A stretch of 63,598 nt of DNA, the filler included, from Rhabdomonas costata (Eukaryota): assembly GCA_019059605.1 (NCBI GenBank). It is 49 parts of 49 records of this genome, joined end to end, with 100 filler letters (N's around TTAATTAATTAA, not from the genome) between each part and the next. Parts side by side here need not be neighbours in the genome. Positions count along the whole stretch, not along the records: positions 1 to 1,201 come from JAHMHO010023854.1; positions 1,302 to 2,502 come from JAHMHO010023855.1; positions 2,603 to 3,803 come from JAHMHO010023856.1; positions 3,904 to 5,103 come from JAHMHO010023857.1; positions 5,204 to 6,404 come from JAHMHO010023858.1; positions 6,505 to 7,704 come from JAHMHO010023859.1; positions 7,805 to 9,004 come from JAHMHO010023860.1; positions 9,105 to 10,304 come from JAHMHO010023861.1; 41 more parts are not named here. The stretch is one strand, 5' to 3'. The notes beneath the pieces were generated by a model that saw nothing but the letters and a program-made list of their open reading frames with translations, was not told where the DNA came from and ran no database searches. Every line of letters starts with the position of its first letter. Within the stretch, counting starts at the first letter, position 1. Positions 1 through 11,222 of the stretch are shown here, piece by piece. Position numbers and translations under genes: made by a program.

Positions 1-141
1 TGTGTTGGGGGCTGGCACTCACGCATTGACAGCTCTTTTGTCTTTCTTCTCCTTTTAAAGGGTAAATGTCTTTTTACGATGCGACGGCAACGAACACTAC
101 CAAATTGTGGCCATTCCTCGTGTGTTATTTCACTTCTTCAG

Positions 142-567
142 GGCAAGGACCAAATTAAGGACTGGACCGCGTTGCCAGCGCTTCCGGCGAAAGCAGTCTC
201 GAAGGAGAACGATCTGCTCTTGAAGCTGATCGGGGCGGAGCTGGACCAGCTGGCTGAGATCGATGATGTGGAGCGCCGGGTCGGCGTGTAAAAGTACTGT
301 TCTCATGGATTCCGTTCTAGTCAAGCAGCATTACCGCTGAAGTGTGAGACGTCTGGTACTATATCTGTGGCGTGCTTCTTAGTATCCTTGGCGCTTCAGT
401 TCATCACGGGCCTCTTGTTGTTGGTATATCTGTTCGGCGTCGTTCTGGCCCTTCAATCCGCTGAGATGCTGGAGAACTGTTTATGTTGGGATTGTTGCAT
501 GGGAGGCGGTTGTAACTGCGAACCCATCGATTCCCAGAAGAACGCCCATCCGGTCCATAAACTCCGG
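142..567 (+). CDS. Possible internal exons of an unknown membrane protein with a Cys-rich segment
   Basis: cttcag|GKDQIKDWTALPALPAK...DDVERR (from 142) and cttcag|FITGLLLLVYLFGVVLALQSAEMLENCLCWDCC...HKLR|gttagg. No family recognised. Confidence 0.3.
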
Positions 568-1201
568 TTAGGAACGGAGTGCTGTTGCCGACATTCGGGC
601 CTTCTCTGCCGTTTGCCGTTGCCATCGGTTTTTTTGCTCTTCGCGAAACCGCCGATTCCGACTTTTTAGGACCTTGCTTGCCGCCCCGCATAAACCGGCG
701 GACTTTTTTCAATCAGAGCGGGCTTTACCGGCTATGTGTTTTTGCACGCAACATTGAAGGAAGGACAATTTAGAGCTGAAGGAGAGAGAATCAGTGAAAT
801 TTCAGGAGTGTGCCCTGTTCTCAATCTGAGCGCCGGAGCGGTGAAGTTGCAAAGAGGCAGCGGATGAAGCTCGGGAGGGGAAATTGGCAAGGGAAGACGG
901 CAGATTTTGTGGGGAGCCGAGCTTTGAGAGAAGAAAAGTGCATGGAAAGGCGCGCGCCGGAGAGAAAGAAGAAAGTGCAGAGCGCAGGTGTCGAGGACGA
1001 CCTGGATTGATGACGCCGCCGTTGACGAGCGAGCAAGCTGGGGAGAAGAGTTTGACGAGTAGCGGCGGGCCTTGTCGAGAAGAAGTGCGCGAGGAGTCCT
1101 GGGAGCAGTCCCGGAGGGCAGAGCAGGGCAGCGGAACGAGGAGAAGCAGACCGAGTGCGGGTTGAGGCCGCGAGCCCCGGCCAGCAGCGCCCACCCAACA
1201 C

Positions 1202-1301
1202 NNNNNNNNNNNNNNNNNNNNNNNNNNNNNNNNNNNNNNNNNNNNTTAATTAATTAANNNNNNNNNNNNNNNNNNNNNNNNNNNNNNNNNNNNNNNNNNN
1301 N
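1202..1301. other. Artificial contig linker N44-TTAATTAATTAA-N44 (first of 48, recurring about every 1.3 kb)
   Basis: The same N-run/TTAATTAATTAA/N-run spacer, with stops in all six frames, separates pieces of about 1200 nt throughout the window. Confidence 0.98.
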
Positions 1302-2117
1302 TTGTTGTTATATTTTGATGGTTATCTGTTATGTTGTTTATTGTATTTGGTGAAGTATTCATACAATTTACAAGATTTACGAGATGTAATACGAAATGAA
1401 CTTCGAGTTGAACTTCGAGATGAATTACGTAATGAATATAGAAATGAAATAACCATGTTACAAAATAAAATAAATTGTATGAATACTTCACCAAATACAA
1501 TAAACAACATAACAGATAACCATCAAAATATAACAAATAACCATCAAAATATAACAAATAATCATCAAAATATAACAAATAACAACAACATTTATATAAT
1601 TGACTTTGGTAAAGAAGAATTATTTAAAGAAGAATATATTGAAAAATATAAAGAAATATTATCTGAACCACGACTAGAAGATGTTCATATAAAATTTTTC
1701 ACTCATTTGCATTGTAATGATGATATTCCTCAAAATAGAAATATTTACATTAGTAATTTAAATCAAAATATTGCTAAAATTAGATCTAACGGTAAATGGG
1801 TCGCGGTAAATTTTGATTCATTTGCAGGTAAAATAATATCTGATCACCGATACAAAATACACAGTGTATATAATTACATTACATCGATGGATAACATAAA
1901 CAATAATAATTCAGAATCCGATGATGATGACGAAGATGAAGAAGAAAGTAAAAAAAATAAAAGAAAAAGAATAGATAAAGCTATTGTTGAAAATGACAAT
2001 AAAATATTATCAGAAATATACAATAAAAAATTAGAAAAAAATGTTAAACAAGGACTGAAAATCAGAAGTCATTCTAATAAAAAAATATGTAATAGAAAAA
2101 TATGTAATAAACAATAG
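1302..2117 (+). CDS. Giant-virus (NCLDV/Mimiviridae-like) hypothetical protein, 5' truncated; the first ~23 codons are an inversion artefact
   Basis: Intronless and about 20% GC against a much more GC-rich host. A coiled coil and Asn-rich linker are followed by NNNIYIIDFGKE...HLHCNDDIPQNRNIYISN...NGKW, matching the remembered expanded Mimiviridae family motif (N-rich, FGxE, HFN..P.N.NIYI.N, ..W). A hairpin follows the stop immediately. Confidence 0.75.
   Translation: MLLYFDGYLLCCLLYLVKYSYNLQDLRDVIRNELRVELRDELRNEYRNEITMLQNKINCMNTSPNTINNITDNHQNITNNHQNITNNHQNITNNNNIYIIDFGKEELFKEEYIEKYKEILSEPRLEDVHIKFFTHLHCNDDIPQNRNIYISNLNQNIAKIRSNGKWVAVNFDSFAGKIISDHRYKIHSVYNYITSMDNINNNNSESDDDDEDEEESKKNKRKRIDKAIVENDNKILSEIYNKKLEKNVKQGLKIRSHSNKKICNRKICNKQ
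1518..1580 (+). repeat. 3 x 21-nt coding tandem repeat (NHQNITN)
   Basis: aa(c/t)catcaaaatataacaaat repeated three times inside the viral-like ORF. Confidence 0.9.
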
Positions 2118-2118
2118 T

Positions 2119-2155
2119 AAATTCAATACTTATCATTGTGATAAATATTGAATTT
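2119..2155 (+). terminator. AT-rich hairpin directly after the stop codon, Mimiviridae/virophage-type 3'-end (polyadenylation) hairpin
   Basis: aaattcaata-c-ttatca-ttg-tgataa-a-tattgaattt begins 2 nt after TAG (2115-2117). Confidence 0.6.
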
Positions 2156-2282
2156 TTTGAAAGTTTTTATTTATTAATAATGGGGCTGTGGAAATAAGGA
2201 TTTTTATAAATTTTATTTTTAGATATTTAATACCAAAAATAAAATTTTTTGTATATTTTTAAATATAGGATATTAAAATGAC

Positions 2283-2316
2283 ATATGGAAGTTTTAACAA
2301 GTTGAAACTTCCATAT
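2283..2316. terminator. Second AT-rich hairpin in the viral-like intergenic region
   Basis: atatggaagttt-taac-aa-gttg-aaacttccatat, a 16-bp stem with one G-T pair. Confidence 0.5.
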
Positions 2317-3903
2317 TACAATCCAATATTTATTTTTATAAAATAAATATTTTATTGAACCAATAAAATATTTATAAGAATATGATATTAAAATGAAATG
2401 TTATAAGAACCATTACATGCGCCTAATCTTCCGCAAGTTAATGTAATTACATATGTAATTGAATACTTCCGCACATGATATGGTTACATAAACACAACAA
2501 CCNNNNNNNNNNNNNNNNNNNNNNNNNNNNNNNNNNNNNNNNNNNNTTAATTAATTAANNNNNNNNNNNNNNNNNNNNNNNNNNNNNNNNNNNNNNNNNN
2601 NNTGTGGTTTGTGGCAAACGCTTCGGGACTTCCACCGCGACCAGGCCGAGGCCACTGAGGCCTTCCAGGAGCTTAAGCTCAGGTTTTCATTTCCACGAGC
2701 TTTCGTGGATGCTCGCGAGTAGGTCGCCGACTGACCTTTTTCCTGGTTTTCGGTGAGTGACTGACGACTCTCTAAGTGAACGTACCGACTTATGTCGAGG
2801 AGTGAACCACGCATTCTCTCTTCATTCCTGAGTTAGGAGCATTCGTACCACCCTTATGGTGGGGAGTATGCGACCATGAGGGGAGGAGTGATGCGAGGGA
2901 CCGAGCATCATGACGACACGTGATCAATAGAAAGGTGAGGAACGGAGCGTAGAGGAGTGACGTTAAGGGGCCCCATGAGCGTATAGCGAATGGGGATACA
3001 GGACGATGGAGCGCAGCGACGAGGACGTAAAGCATTCTTCTTCTTCTTTCTTCATACAGAGGAAGCATGCGAGGACCCGAGCATGCTGACGTCAGGAACG
3101 AACGAGCTGATGCGAGTGAGTGACCAGTGAGTGGAAGCGCGTCAGCGGTGGAACGAACCACTAACAGAGGAGTGATGTGAGGGACCGAACATCACTACGT
3201 CATCATTGTATCCTCATCGTCGCTCCCCCCCTTGCGGGACGCTCCTCCCTCTCACTCAACGTCCCTCACTCCACCACCATAAGGTGCCTACGTGCATGTT
3301 CCGACCGGGCGTAGCCACAGTGAAGACATGAAGAGGTAAGAGGTGATGGTGATGGTGGGAAGGTGAAGGTGTAGGGTTAGCGATCCTCATCCTCGGTTGG
3401 CAGCTGGCATGCATCTTCCACTCCACCACCTTACAGTGGGCATTGCTACTCCATCCTTTCACCTTCAGCAACATCTGTCATGGTCGGTCTCGGCGACCTC
3501 CACTACGGATCTTGCCCCTGGTGTAGGAGCGGCATCAACACCTGCAGTAGGTATGCATCATCGCTACATCCTCTACGTTGGCACCATAAGCGTAGGGTGT
3601 AGCTAGCATCACCTCTGCACCAACATCATCAGCGTAGGGAAGGTGCATCGTGTAGCAACGTGTCATCCTATCCACTACCTGACATCACCATCTGGTTGGC
3701 TGTCATGCTATGCGTACCACTACCACTCTATGGTGTAGGGCTACCACATGCATACACCACCTATTGGCTGATGTTGGCTGGGTTGAGCCTTGGCCTGACC
3801 TTCNNNNNNNNNNNNNNNNNNNNNNNNNNNNNNNNNNNNNNNNNNNNTTAATTAATTAANNNNNNNNNNNNNNNNNNNNNNNNNNNNNNNNNNNNNNNNN
3901 NNN

Positions 3904-4030
3904 CGGCGCCGCTGATCCGGCTGAGCCAGCAGATGGAGGAGGTAGCGGAGATGAACCTGGAGGTGATCCAGCAGAAGCGCAGCCGGTTCAAGGAGATTGC
4001 GGACATCCAGGCCTTCTTTGGGACGATGGT
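3904..4030 (+). CDS. Exon fragment, HAMP-like region of a receptor-type adenylate/guanylate cyclase
   Basis: APLIRLSQQMEEVAEMNLEVIQQKRSRFKEIADIQAFFGTM(V) fits the P-L..L...M..VA.M.L....S...EI..IQ..F..M HAMP pattern. GC3-rich codons. The exon end is uncertain. Confidence 0.6.
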
Positions 4031-7000
4031 AGACAACTGCCTTGGACAACTGCACGTTTCGCTTTTTATTCCTCGAGTTTACGTTACGAGCTGACGTTAA
4101 GAGTGTAGGATCATCGTCGATACCCTTGCATCCCTGTCGGTCGTCTCTTCACCACCTTTTAAGTACGTAGCATGCAGTCACGACGTAGGAGTGGCGCATG
4201 CGAAGTAGTGGATGTCACGAAGCGAAGCGTAGTAGTAGAAGCAAAGACACGTAGCGCAGCGGAGTAGGATATATGTAAGAGTTGGAGCATGGGCCCATGA
4301 GCGTAGCGAGCGGGACCATGCGACCATGAAACCACCACGTAGGAAGGCTGACATCCCCACTCAAACATCCGCACTTCCCTACTCCCTTTACGCTAACAGC
4401 CTCAACTGTGAGGTCGATGTCAGCATCTGGGCTCATCTTTGCATCAGCGGGGGAGGTCAGCCTTCACCCTCACTCTCTCACTCTCAACTCAGTGGGCAAG
4501 TACGAAGGATGGGTGCGTTAGCGATCCATCCGTAGTAGAGGTGAAGGGCATCAGCGATAGGGAGTAAGAGTCATGCTGATACTCTCACCCTATGCCTTGA
4601 CTCACCGCTACACCCCAACATCAGCCCTTCAACACCACCATCAACCACCACTACACCATATGCGCAGCATGACACCAGCACCAACAACGCCACGACACCA
4701 CCAACGCCTCGACCACACAACAAGAACAGCACAAGTACAGACAACATCAACCAGTAACCCTACGCACGAACTACCAAGACACACTACGCACTAACCCACT
4801 ACAGCAAGAAACCGACACCATGACAGCCCTCAACCCACCACGAACCCCTCACAGACAGCACAAACACAGCACTAACAACACGCTAACCCTTACGCCATAA
4901 CCCCTCAACGTGACACCGTGACACCATGACCCTACCACCAACAACCACGCTACCAACACTGACACCGACAGCACTAACCCTACGCATGACATCACTAACC
5001 CAACACCATCAGCCCTCGACACCAACATCGCCCCAACCACCAACACCCAACGCCTTAACCCTAACACTACGACACAACACAAGCACAAACAACGCACTAG
5101 CCCNNNNNNNNNNNNNNNNNNNNNNNNNNNNNNNNNNNNNNNNNNNNTTAATTAATTAANNNNNNNNNNNNNNNNNNNNNNNNNNNNNNNNNNNNNNNNN
5201 NNNGGGTTTGGGAAAAGGAGAAGGGTGAGTCCGGGTGTTCGTTTAAATGGGAGAAGTGGTTTTGTTCGTGAGGATGTGGCATCTGGCGGCCTGCCACTCA
5301 CACAAAGTGCTGATTTCGTTTTCTCCACCTCCGCATCCCCCTCTTCCCACGCACTCGCCGCACACGGGGTGGGTGTGAATATTTTGTATAATGAGACAGA
5401 ATAAGGGGATGAGAGTGGGGTTTTGTTATCTTCAGGGGCATCAGGTCTCCCGCGTGTGTGTACGGGTGCTACCACGAACGCAGTGCCTACCGGAATTACT
5501 TCTTCTGATGAAATCGATGTGCTTTACTACCCTTCTCCTTCACGGCATCATCAGGAAGTACAATCGCAATGAACTTCGCAGAAGCAGCAGATACAGATCT
5601 AGGCGAGGATGCGTCCTTTCAGGCCGATTGCGCAGGTTGCTCTAAAATACAAAGCGGCTCATGTGGGAACATCCAGTGCGATGCAGAGAGCTCGAGAGCT
5701 GCCCTCTGCATTCCTGGGGCTCGCTGCAAAACACTTGCAAATGTGTGCGGCCCAATCAGTGTCGGAGGGAGCGGACCAGGTTGGATTTTCTTTGAATTTT
5801 CAGCTCTTTCGTTTAGTCTTTCGCGTGGGTGGTTTGTCCTTGCACGTCTCCGTCTGGTAAAAAAAAATCACGGAGCGGTTACGACCTTCCGTCAGGGCAT
5901 TTTGAGGAATCTGTTGAGGAATTATTCATCCCATTCGGGCACCTACACAATGCAATGCAATGCAATGGAACGCAATTCAACACAACACAACACAGCCTTC
6001 CCTTCGCTGCTCTTAGGTTCTGCTTTCACTGCTCCAAGCATTTTTTCTGTGTATTTCGGATCCGATACAACTGCTTCTCCACAGCCATACTGCAGATCGC
6101 AGATCTCCACCCCTGTTCGTTCCCTACTTTTTCTTCTAAGTGTGTGCGGGCGCTCACCTGTGTGCTGCGTTTTAAACGCAAGGAGCGGAGCTTTGCCCGA
6201 CTCAGTTTTTAGTTTATTTCTACTGGGGGTCGTTTAGCCGGCCCCCTCTTCACCGCTGAAGCAGTAGATGGCCGTGCAGTATGCTGCAGGTGGCCGCCTT
6301 CCCCACGCCCCCTGCGCTCCTATCATTTCAATGTTTTATATCACAGTTCCAGAGCTTGGTCCACGACGCAGATACAGAGAAGCACGAAACAACGCCACAA
6401 AACCNNNNNNNNNNNNNNNNNNNNNNNNNNNNNNNNNNNNNNNNNNNNTTAATTAATTAANNNNNNNNNNNNNNNNNNNNNNNNNNNNNNNNNNNNNNNN
6501 NNNNGGTTGGTGGGGCCTGGGCGCAAGAGGACGGCTCCAAGCAACAAGAGGGCCTGACTCCACTGGGCCCGGCATTCTCCTGCTGCTGCATGGCTCTCGC
6601 CACGCCTTGCCGAGCCCGCTCAGCAGGGCGGGAGCGGCCGCCAGCGGGAGCGGCCGCCATGTTGAAATGCAACTCAAAGAGGCGATGGGAAGGAAGGCAA
6701 ACGGAAGTGACGAAGAGCAAAGGCAAGATAAGCCCGGGAGACAAAATACAACGGGAGGGGCAACCCTAACCCCCCCCCCAAAAAAAGGGGGATAGGGGCC
6801 AAAGCAGGAAAAGTAGAGATCGAAAAAATGATTACACTCAGTAAGTCTTGAGGTTTGAGGAGGGAGACGAGCGTGCTATCTTAAAACTGCAGCGTGCCAC
6901 TGTGCTTAGGTGTGTTTTCGGAAGTGGACATTGCCCTCGCGAATTAAGCGCCCGTTATATTGGATAATCGTGGACTGTGCGAAAGTTGCGCAAAATCTGG

Positions 7001-7310
7001 GGCGATTTCTTCACCTTAATAATTGAGCTTTTTTGGGGGTGGGGGTGGGTGCAACGAAATTCCACAATTCATTTTGGTTTCAAGTCATTTCATGTTCACG
7101 AGTATAGCACCCCGTAACAAATCTAGATAATGATCAAGTCAAGCGATATTCCTCGAAAAATAGCACCTATAAATTGATTTAAAATCTTCATTGTCCGAAA
7201 GGTCAAAGAACACTTCACCTCCTCTGCCGTAATGGAGGAGCTGCGGGGGCATCAATGCCGATCTTTCTTCTGGGTTATTTCCATGATCCGAAAAGTCAAA
7301 GAACACCCAC

Positions 7311-7568
7311 CTCCTCTGCCTCGACATTGCCACGGAAGGTGCGCTCCAGGGCCTCCATATTGGCCCGGGCCAGCGTCGCACTGGTGCCCCACAACGTGGC
7401 CTCCAGGGCTTCCCTCTCGCGCACCAGCACCTCACGGGCCTCGGCCTCACAGGCCCGCAACCAGCCCACACAGAGCTGGGTGTGCACCAGTCTCCAGGCG
7501 ACGCCCTCTAGCCGCCGGAGCTTCTCACGCGCAGGCTGCTCCTCGCCTTCTACGCCGTGGGCCTCCAC
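7311..7568 (-). CDS. Internal exon, coiled-coil protein of unknown function
   Basis: ccaag|VEAHGVEGEEQPAREKLRRLE...NVEAEE|gtgggt, with GC3-rich codons. Confidence 0.5.
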
Positions 7569-9156
7569 CTTGGTTCGCGTGCATGTTTGTGGTGTATGCG
7601 TGCGTTTGGACCTACTTTGGTGTACGTGTCAGCTAACTTAATTTCCAACCCAGTCCAAAACCTCCCTAACCCATTCAGCGCTAACCACGTAACGCCTGCC
7701 CCCANNNNNNNNNNNNNNNNNNNNNNNNNNNNNNNNNNNNNNNNNNNNTTAATTAATTAANNNNNNNNNNNNNNNNNNNNNNNNNNNNNNNNNNNNNNNN
7801 NNNNTGTGGGGGGGGAGCGGGAGAGAGAGCGATGGGCTTGGGTCACTTGATGCTACAGCCCAGCGAGTGCGAAATGCATTGCTCATATCCCTTACCCATA
7901 ACCACTTCGGACGTCCTAGGCAGGAATCACACCAAGGGAGGGCAAGGGAACACCATTGGGGGAAATCGCGCAGCACCGGACACCGCCCCTTCCCTTAAAT
8001 ACCCAAGGCCGAGGCGTCCTCTCCAGCTCCTCCCTCACTCTACTCCACAACCAGCAGCAGCGACACTCCCGCCGTGCGCACACCACAACCCCAGCATCCA
8101 TAATCTCTTTGGGGTGCAGCCGAGCGAACTCAGTGGTGGGCCAATACGGCCACGCGCAGCCCAGCTGGTTTTTGGCCGACCCAGGCACAACACACGAGGC
8201 ATTGCTTGTAAGATCCGCCAGGAAGCGGGTACTCCCAATGTAACCGTACTCCTATGGAAAACACACAAATACATACGAGCCTCGAGGACTGGTCCATCTT
8301 ACTTGCTTTCTGCGCAATTTTACGCAAGCAACTTTTTTCTTGCCTTTAAAGCTCTAAACTTCTTTAAATTTCTCAAATTTCTTACTTGGTGTAACCTGCT
8401 TTGTGATACTTGCTTTGCAACAAATTTTTGCCTTTGGTGGCAGGATGGGGGCAGTGACCGGGTGCGCTCTGCCCTTATTCGTTTTCGACTCCTTTCAAAG
8501 CTTTTCGATGTGAAGGTTGCAAGACCCTTGGAAATTTAGGGCTTTGACAGAAAACCTGTATCCGAACCTGTATCTTGTCGGTGTGGCCTGATATTGCAGG
8601 GGAAAATCCATACATAAAGGTCAGCGCAGAATTCAGTGGCTGCCTGTTGTGGAATTTGCAATCGCTTCTCCAAAGTTTCTTGAACAAAGTGACTGTCATG
8701 TTTTGTTCCCTTGACTTTATAACGGTGACCTTTTTCGGCGTTGGATATATTCTGTTTTTACCGTCAAACCGTAAATTCTTACTTTACGGTGAAACCTGTT
8801 TCAGCTCTAAACGTCTTTTAACTCTCAAAGGTTTGCATCTGTTACTCGACTGAAAGAAAAGTACAGCCTTCTCACGCATCGGGGTGGGGGTGCTCGTCTG
8901 TCAGATGTCAGGGGCTGCGCACCTCTCCGGTAAAAAACAGGAACAACACTTCCTTCTCCACGGCGTCCACATTCACTCCAGTCACCAGGGCATGAAATGC
9001 CGCCNNNNNNNNNNNNNNNNNNNNNNNNNNNNNNNNNNNNNNNNNNNNTTAATTAATTAANNNNNNNNNNNNNNNNNNNNNNNNNNNNNNNNNNNNNNNN
9101 NNNNTTGTGTGGGTATGAACAAAAGGATATTTGAGTCAAGCGGGTTCACAGCGCAC

Positions 9157-10049
9157 CTTCTGTTATTCTGGTAAAAGTTATCCAACTTGTACCAAACATA
9201 AACCGGGGGAGTCATCTCTCGATCGATGCTGATCTTCGCCCATGTCGTGCAAGAGGGAGAGCCAACTGGAAGACACACCAGATTATCATATTGAACTTCG
9301 TACTCAACCACCTGAGAAGCGCGACGAGCAAGAAGGCGCCATCCTGCTTCAGCGAAAAAAACGCAAAGCTTGGAATGAGACAGACCTTGCCGCTAGCGAT
9401 AATGATCACAGCTCCAATGGGAATGAAAGCACACGCGACAACCAGGAAGCAAGAAATGACCCATGGCGGGGACAGCACAGGCTGCCAGGCAGGAAGCCTG
9501 AGAAGAGAAAGCATCCTTACTATCTCCCTACTCCTTTCACATTTTTATGTGAAAATTATCTCAACTCTCTTGGGGCCCGCTGTCTCGGTTGGGTGTGCCC
9601 TTAATCCAGGGTCTGTATTCAGGGTGCTTAAATTCGTTTTTGGACGAAAAATACCGAATAATTGATTTGAAGAGACACCAGAAGAGACACGCAGGCCAGC
9701 ACAAACGGGGGCCGAAAGTTCACAGAAGTGGGCTATACGTTCACCAGGTCATAGGCTACACGTTCACCTGCCTGGGGGACTAAAAAGACAAGAATAAACT
9801 TGCAGGCACTGAACAATTATACACGGTGTGCAGACCAACCAACATTCTGCGCCACAAAAACTGCGTTGCTTTCAATTCACATAGCCCTTGCACCTATTCG
9901 AGAGCGACTTGTCATTACTATGTACCAGTTCAATGGAAAACACGTGGAAAACACAATGGATCACACCTTTGCTGCTTAAAAGGTGTATCCTCAGGTTTCT
10001 TTGACCTGGAAGCTGGATCCGCTGCTGGTGCAGGTGATTGCTCAGGCAT
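9157..10049 (-). CDS. CDC50: CDC50/LEM3 family flippase beta-subunit, first three exons (partial)
   Basis: Exons 10049-9967, 9497-9386 and 9311-9157 splice in frame across GT-AG introns: MPEQ...KKPEDTPFKQQR/LPAWQPVLSPPWVISCFLVVACAFIPIG...K/VVEYEVQYD...PPVYVWYKLDNFYQNNRR. FKQQRLPAWQP and NFYQN.RR are hallmark motifs. Confidence 0.93.
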
Positions 10050-10583
10050 TTATTGAATATTGCGTGTTTTAGAAAAGCCTAATTGAAACATAGGCCAACA
10101 GTTCTCCCCAAACGCTCTCCATGGTCCATTGCCCCTTGATAGGATCAAATATTTCTACAGGTTTTATTCCAATAAAACCCGTTCCACAGACCCCTGGATA
10201 TCCTTCTTTTTGGGTGCATGAATCTGAAGTTAGCGCCAGTCTCTTGCTGCTTTTCCCTGCCCTTTCAGCCCTCATTAGAATTTTCTGTGGTTCACCACCC
10301 CACANNNNNNNNNNNNNNNNNNNNNNNNNNNNNNNNNNNNNNNNNNNNTTAATTAATTAANNNNNNNNNNNNNNNNNNNNNNNNNNNNNNNNNNNNNNNN
10401 NNNNTGGTGGTCGCTCAGGCACGCAGGCACTACTAGGGGGTGGAATTCAAAATTCTTACTGCGTTTGTGTTCTGATTCCCACAGAAAGGAGCCGATGTCG
10501 ATGGGCACAGGCCCCACCGAGGAACCGCAGAGACCGATAGAGTGTGACAGGGAGGAAAAACCCACCAGGCCACCCCACCAAAC

Positions 10584-11222
10584 CTGAAGTGAGTCTCACC
10601 CTTTCCGGCGGCACTGCCCAGGTGCTCCACATGGCCCGCGTGACGGGCGGAGTTGTCCTGGATCTCCAGCCGGACAGGCTTAAGGCTCTCGGTCAGCTAC
10701 GCCCCCCCCCCCCACCCTTGAACCCCTTGCAATTTTGCAATGCGGTGGCAAGACCACATCATCGCAGATCACAGGCCCACAGCGTGTCGGAGTGACGCGT
10801 CCAGAATTGCCATTATCGTTCGCAAAACTCCATTTCGCTACGTTTCAAACGAATTTTTTGTTTCAGCAGAAAAACACAGTGACACAATAATCAATTCCTT
10901 CTTTACTGTGGTGGTTGCCCTGACGTCTCAACAATAGAAGAGGTGATAAAAAGCCAAAAAACAACGTGTTATGAGAAATCCTGACCTAAAATTCAGCCGG
11001 TAGGTCCCATTGAAGTACGTTCAGGTGCTTCTTCGGTCGGTTTTTGGGGTGCGCAAGTCCTTAACATGGGATGGAGTCATGTAGGAAGGGTGGGCCAGCG
11101 GGTGGATGAAGCCAAAAGGAAAAAACGGAGCCGAAAATAGTTTCACCCACCTTCTTTACAATGGACTGGTACATCGGTCCCTCTTCGGAAAGAGCCATGA
11201 GGACCCTCACACAGCGGCGCAT
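10584..11222 (-). CDS. bolA: BolA family protein (BOLA1-like), first two exons, with a short mitochondrial-type presequence
   Basis: Exons 11222-11151 and 10696-10584 with a GT-AG intron: MRRCVRVLMALSEEGPMYQSIVKK/LTESLKPVRLEIQDNSARHAGH...GETHFR. The S..HAGH and ETHF motifs are BolA-type. Confidence 0.88.

Noticed and set aside
1246-1257. TTAATTAATTAA recurring every ~1.3 kb like a regularly spaced repeat or CRISPR array
   Set aside because: It is always embedded in N runs, so it is a synthetic six-frame-stop linker. ORFs ending in X...LIN are artefacts of it.
1305-1536. Perfect 66-bp inverted repeat (1305-1370 / 1471-1536) suggesting a terminal inverted repeat or invertible segment
   Set aside because: One arm is at the contig edge and copies internal coding sequence exactly, as expected for a fold-back amplification chimera. 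It creates the false ORF 1246-1578 and the false N-terminus of 1302-2117.
4573-5103. Thr/Pro/His-rich and Val/Leu/Cys-rich ORFs (mucin-like or membrane-like)
   Set aside because: These are by-products of the A/C-skewed low-complexity tract, with no codon bias or splice signals.
5391-6237. Long ORFs of 84-222 aa
   Set aside because: No recognisable motif or consistent codon bias, and they run through simple repeats and T-rich intron-like sequence.
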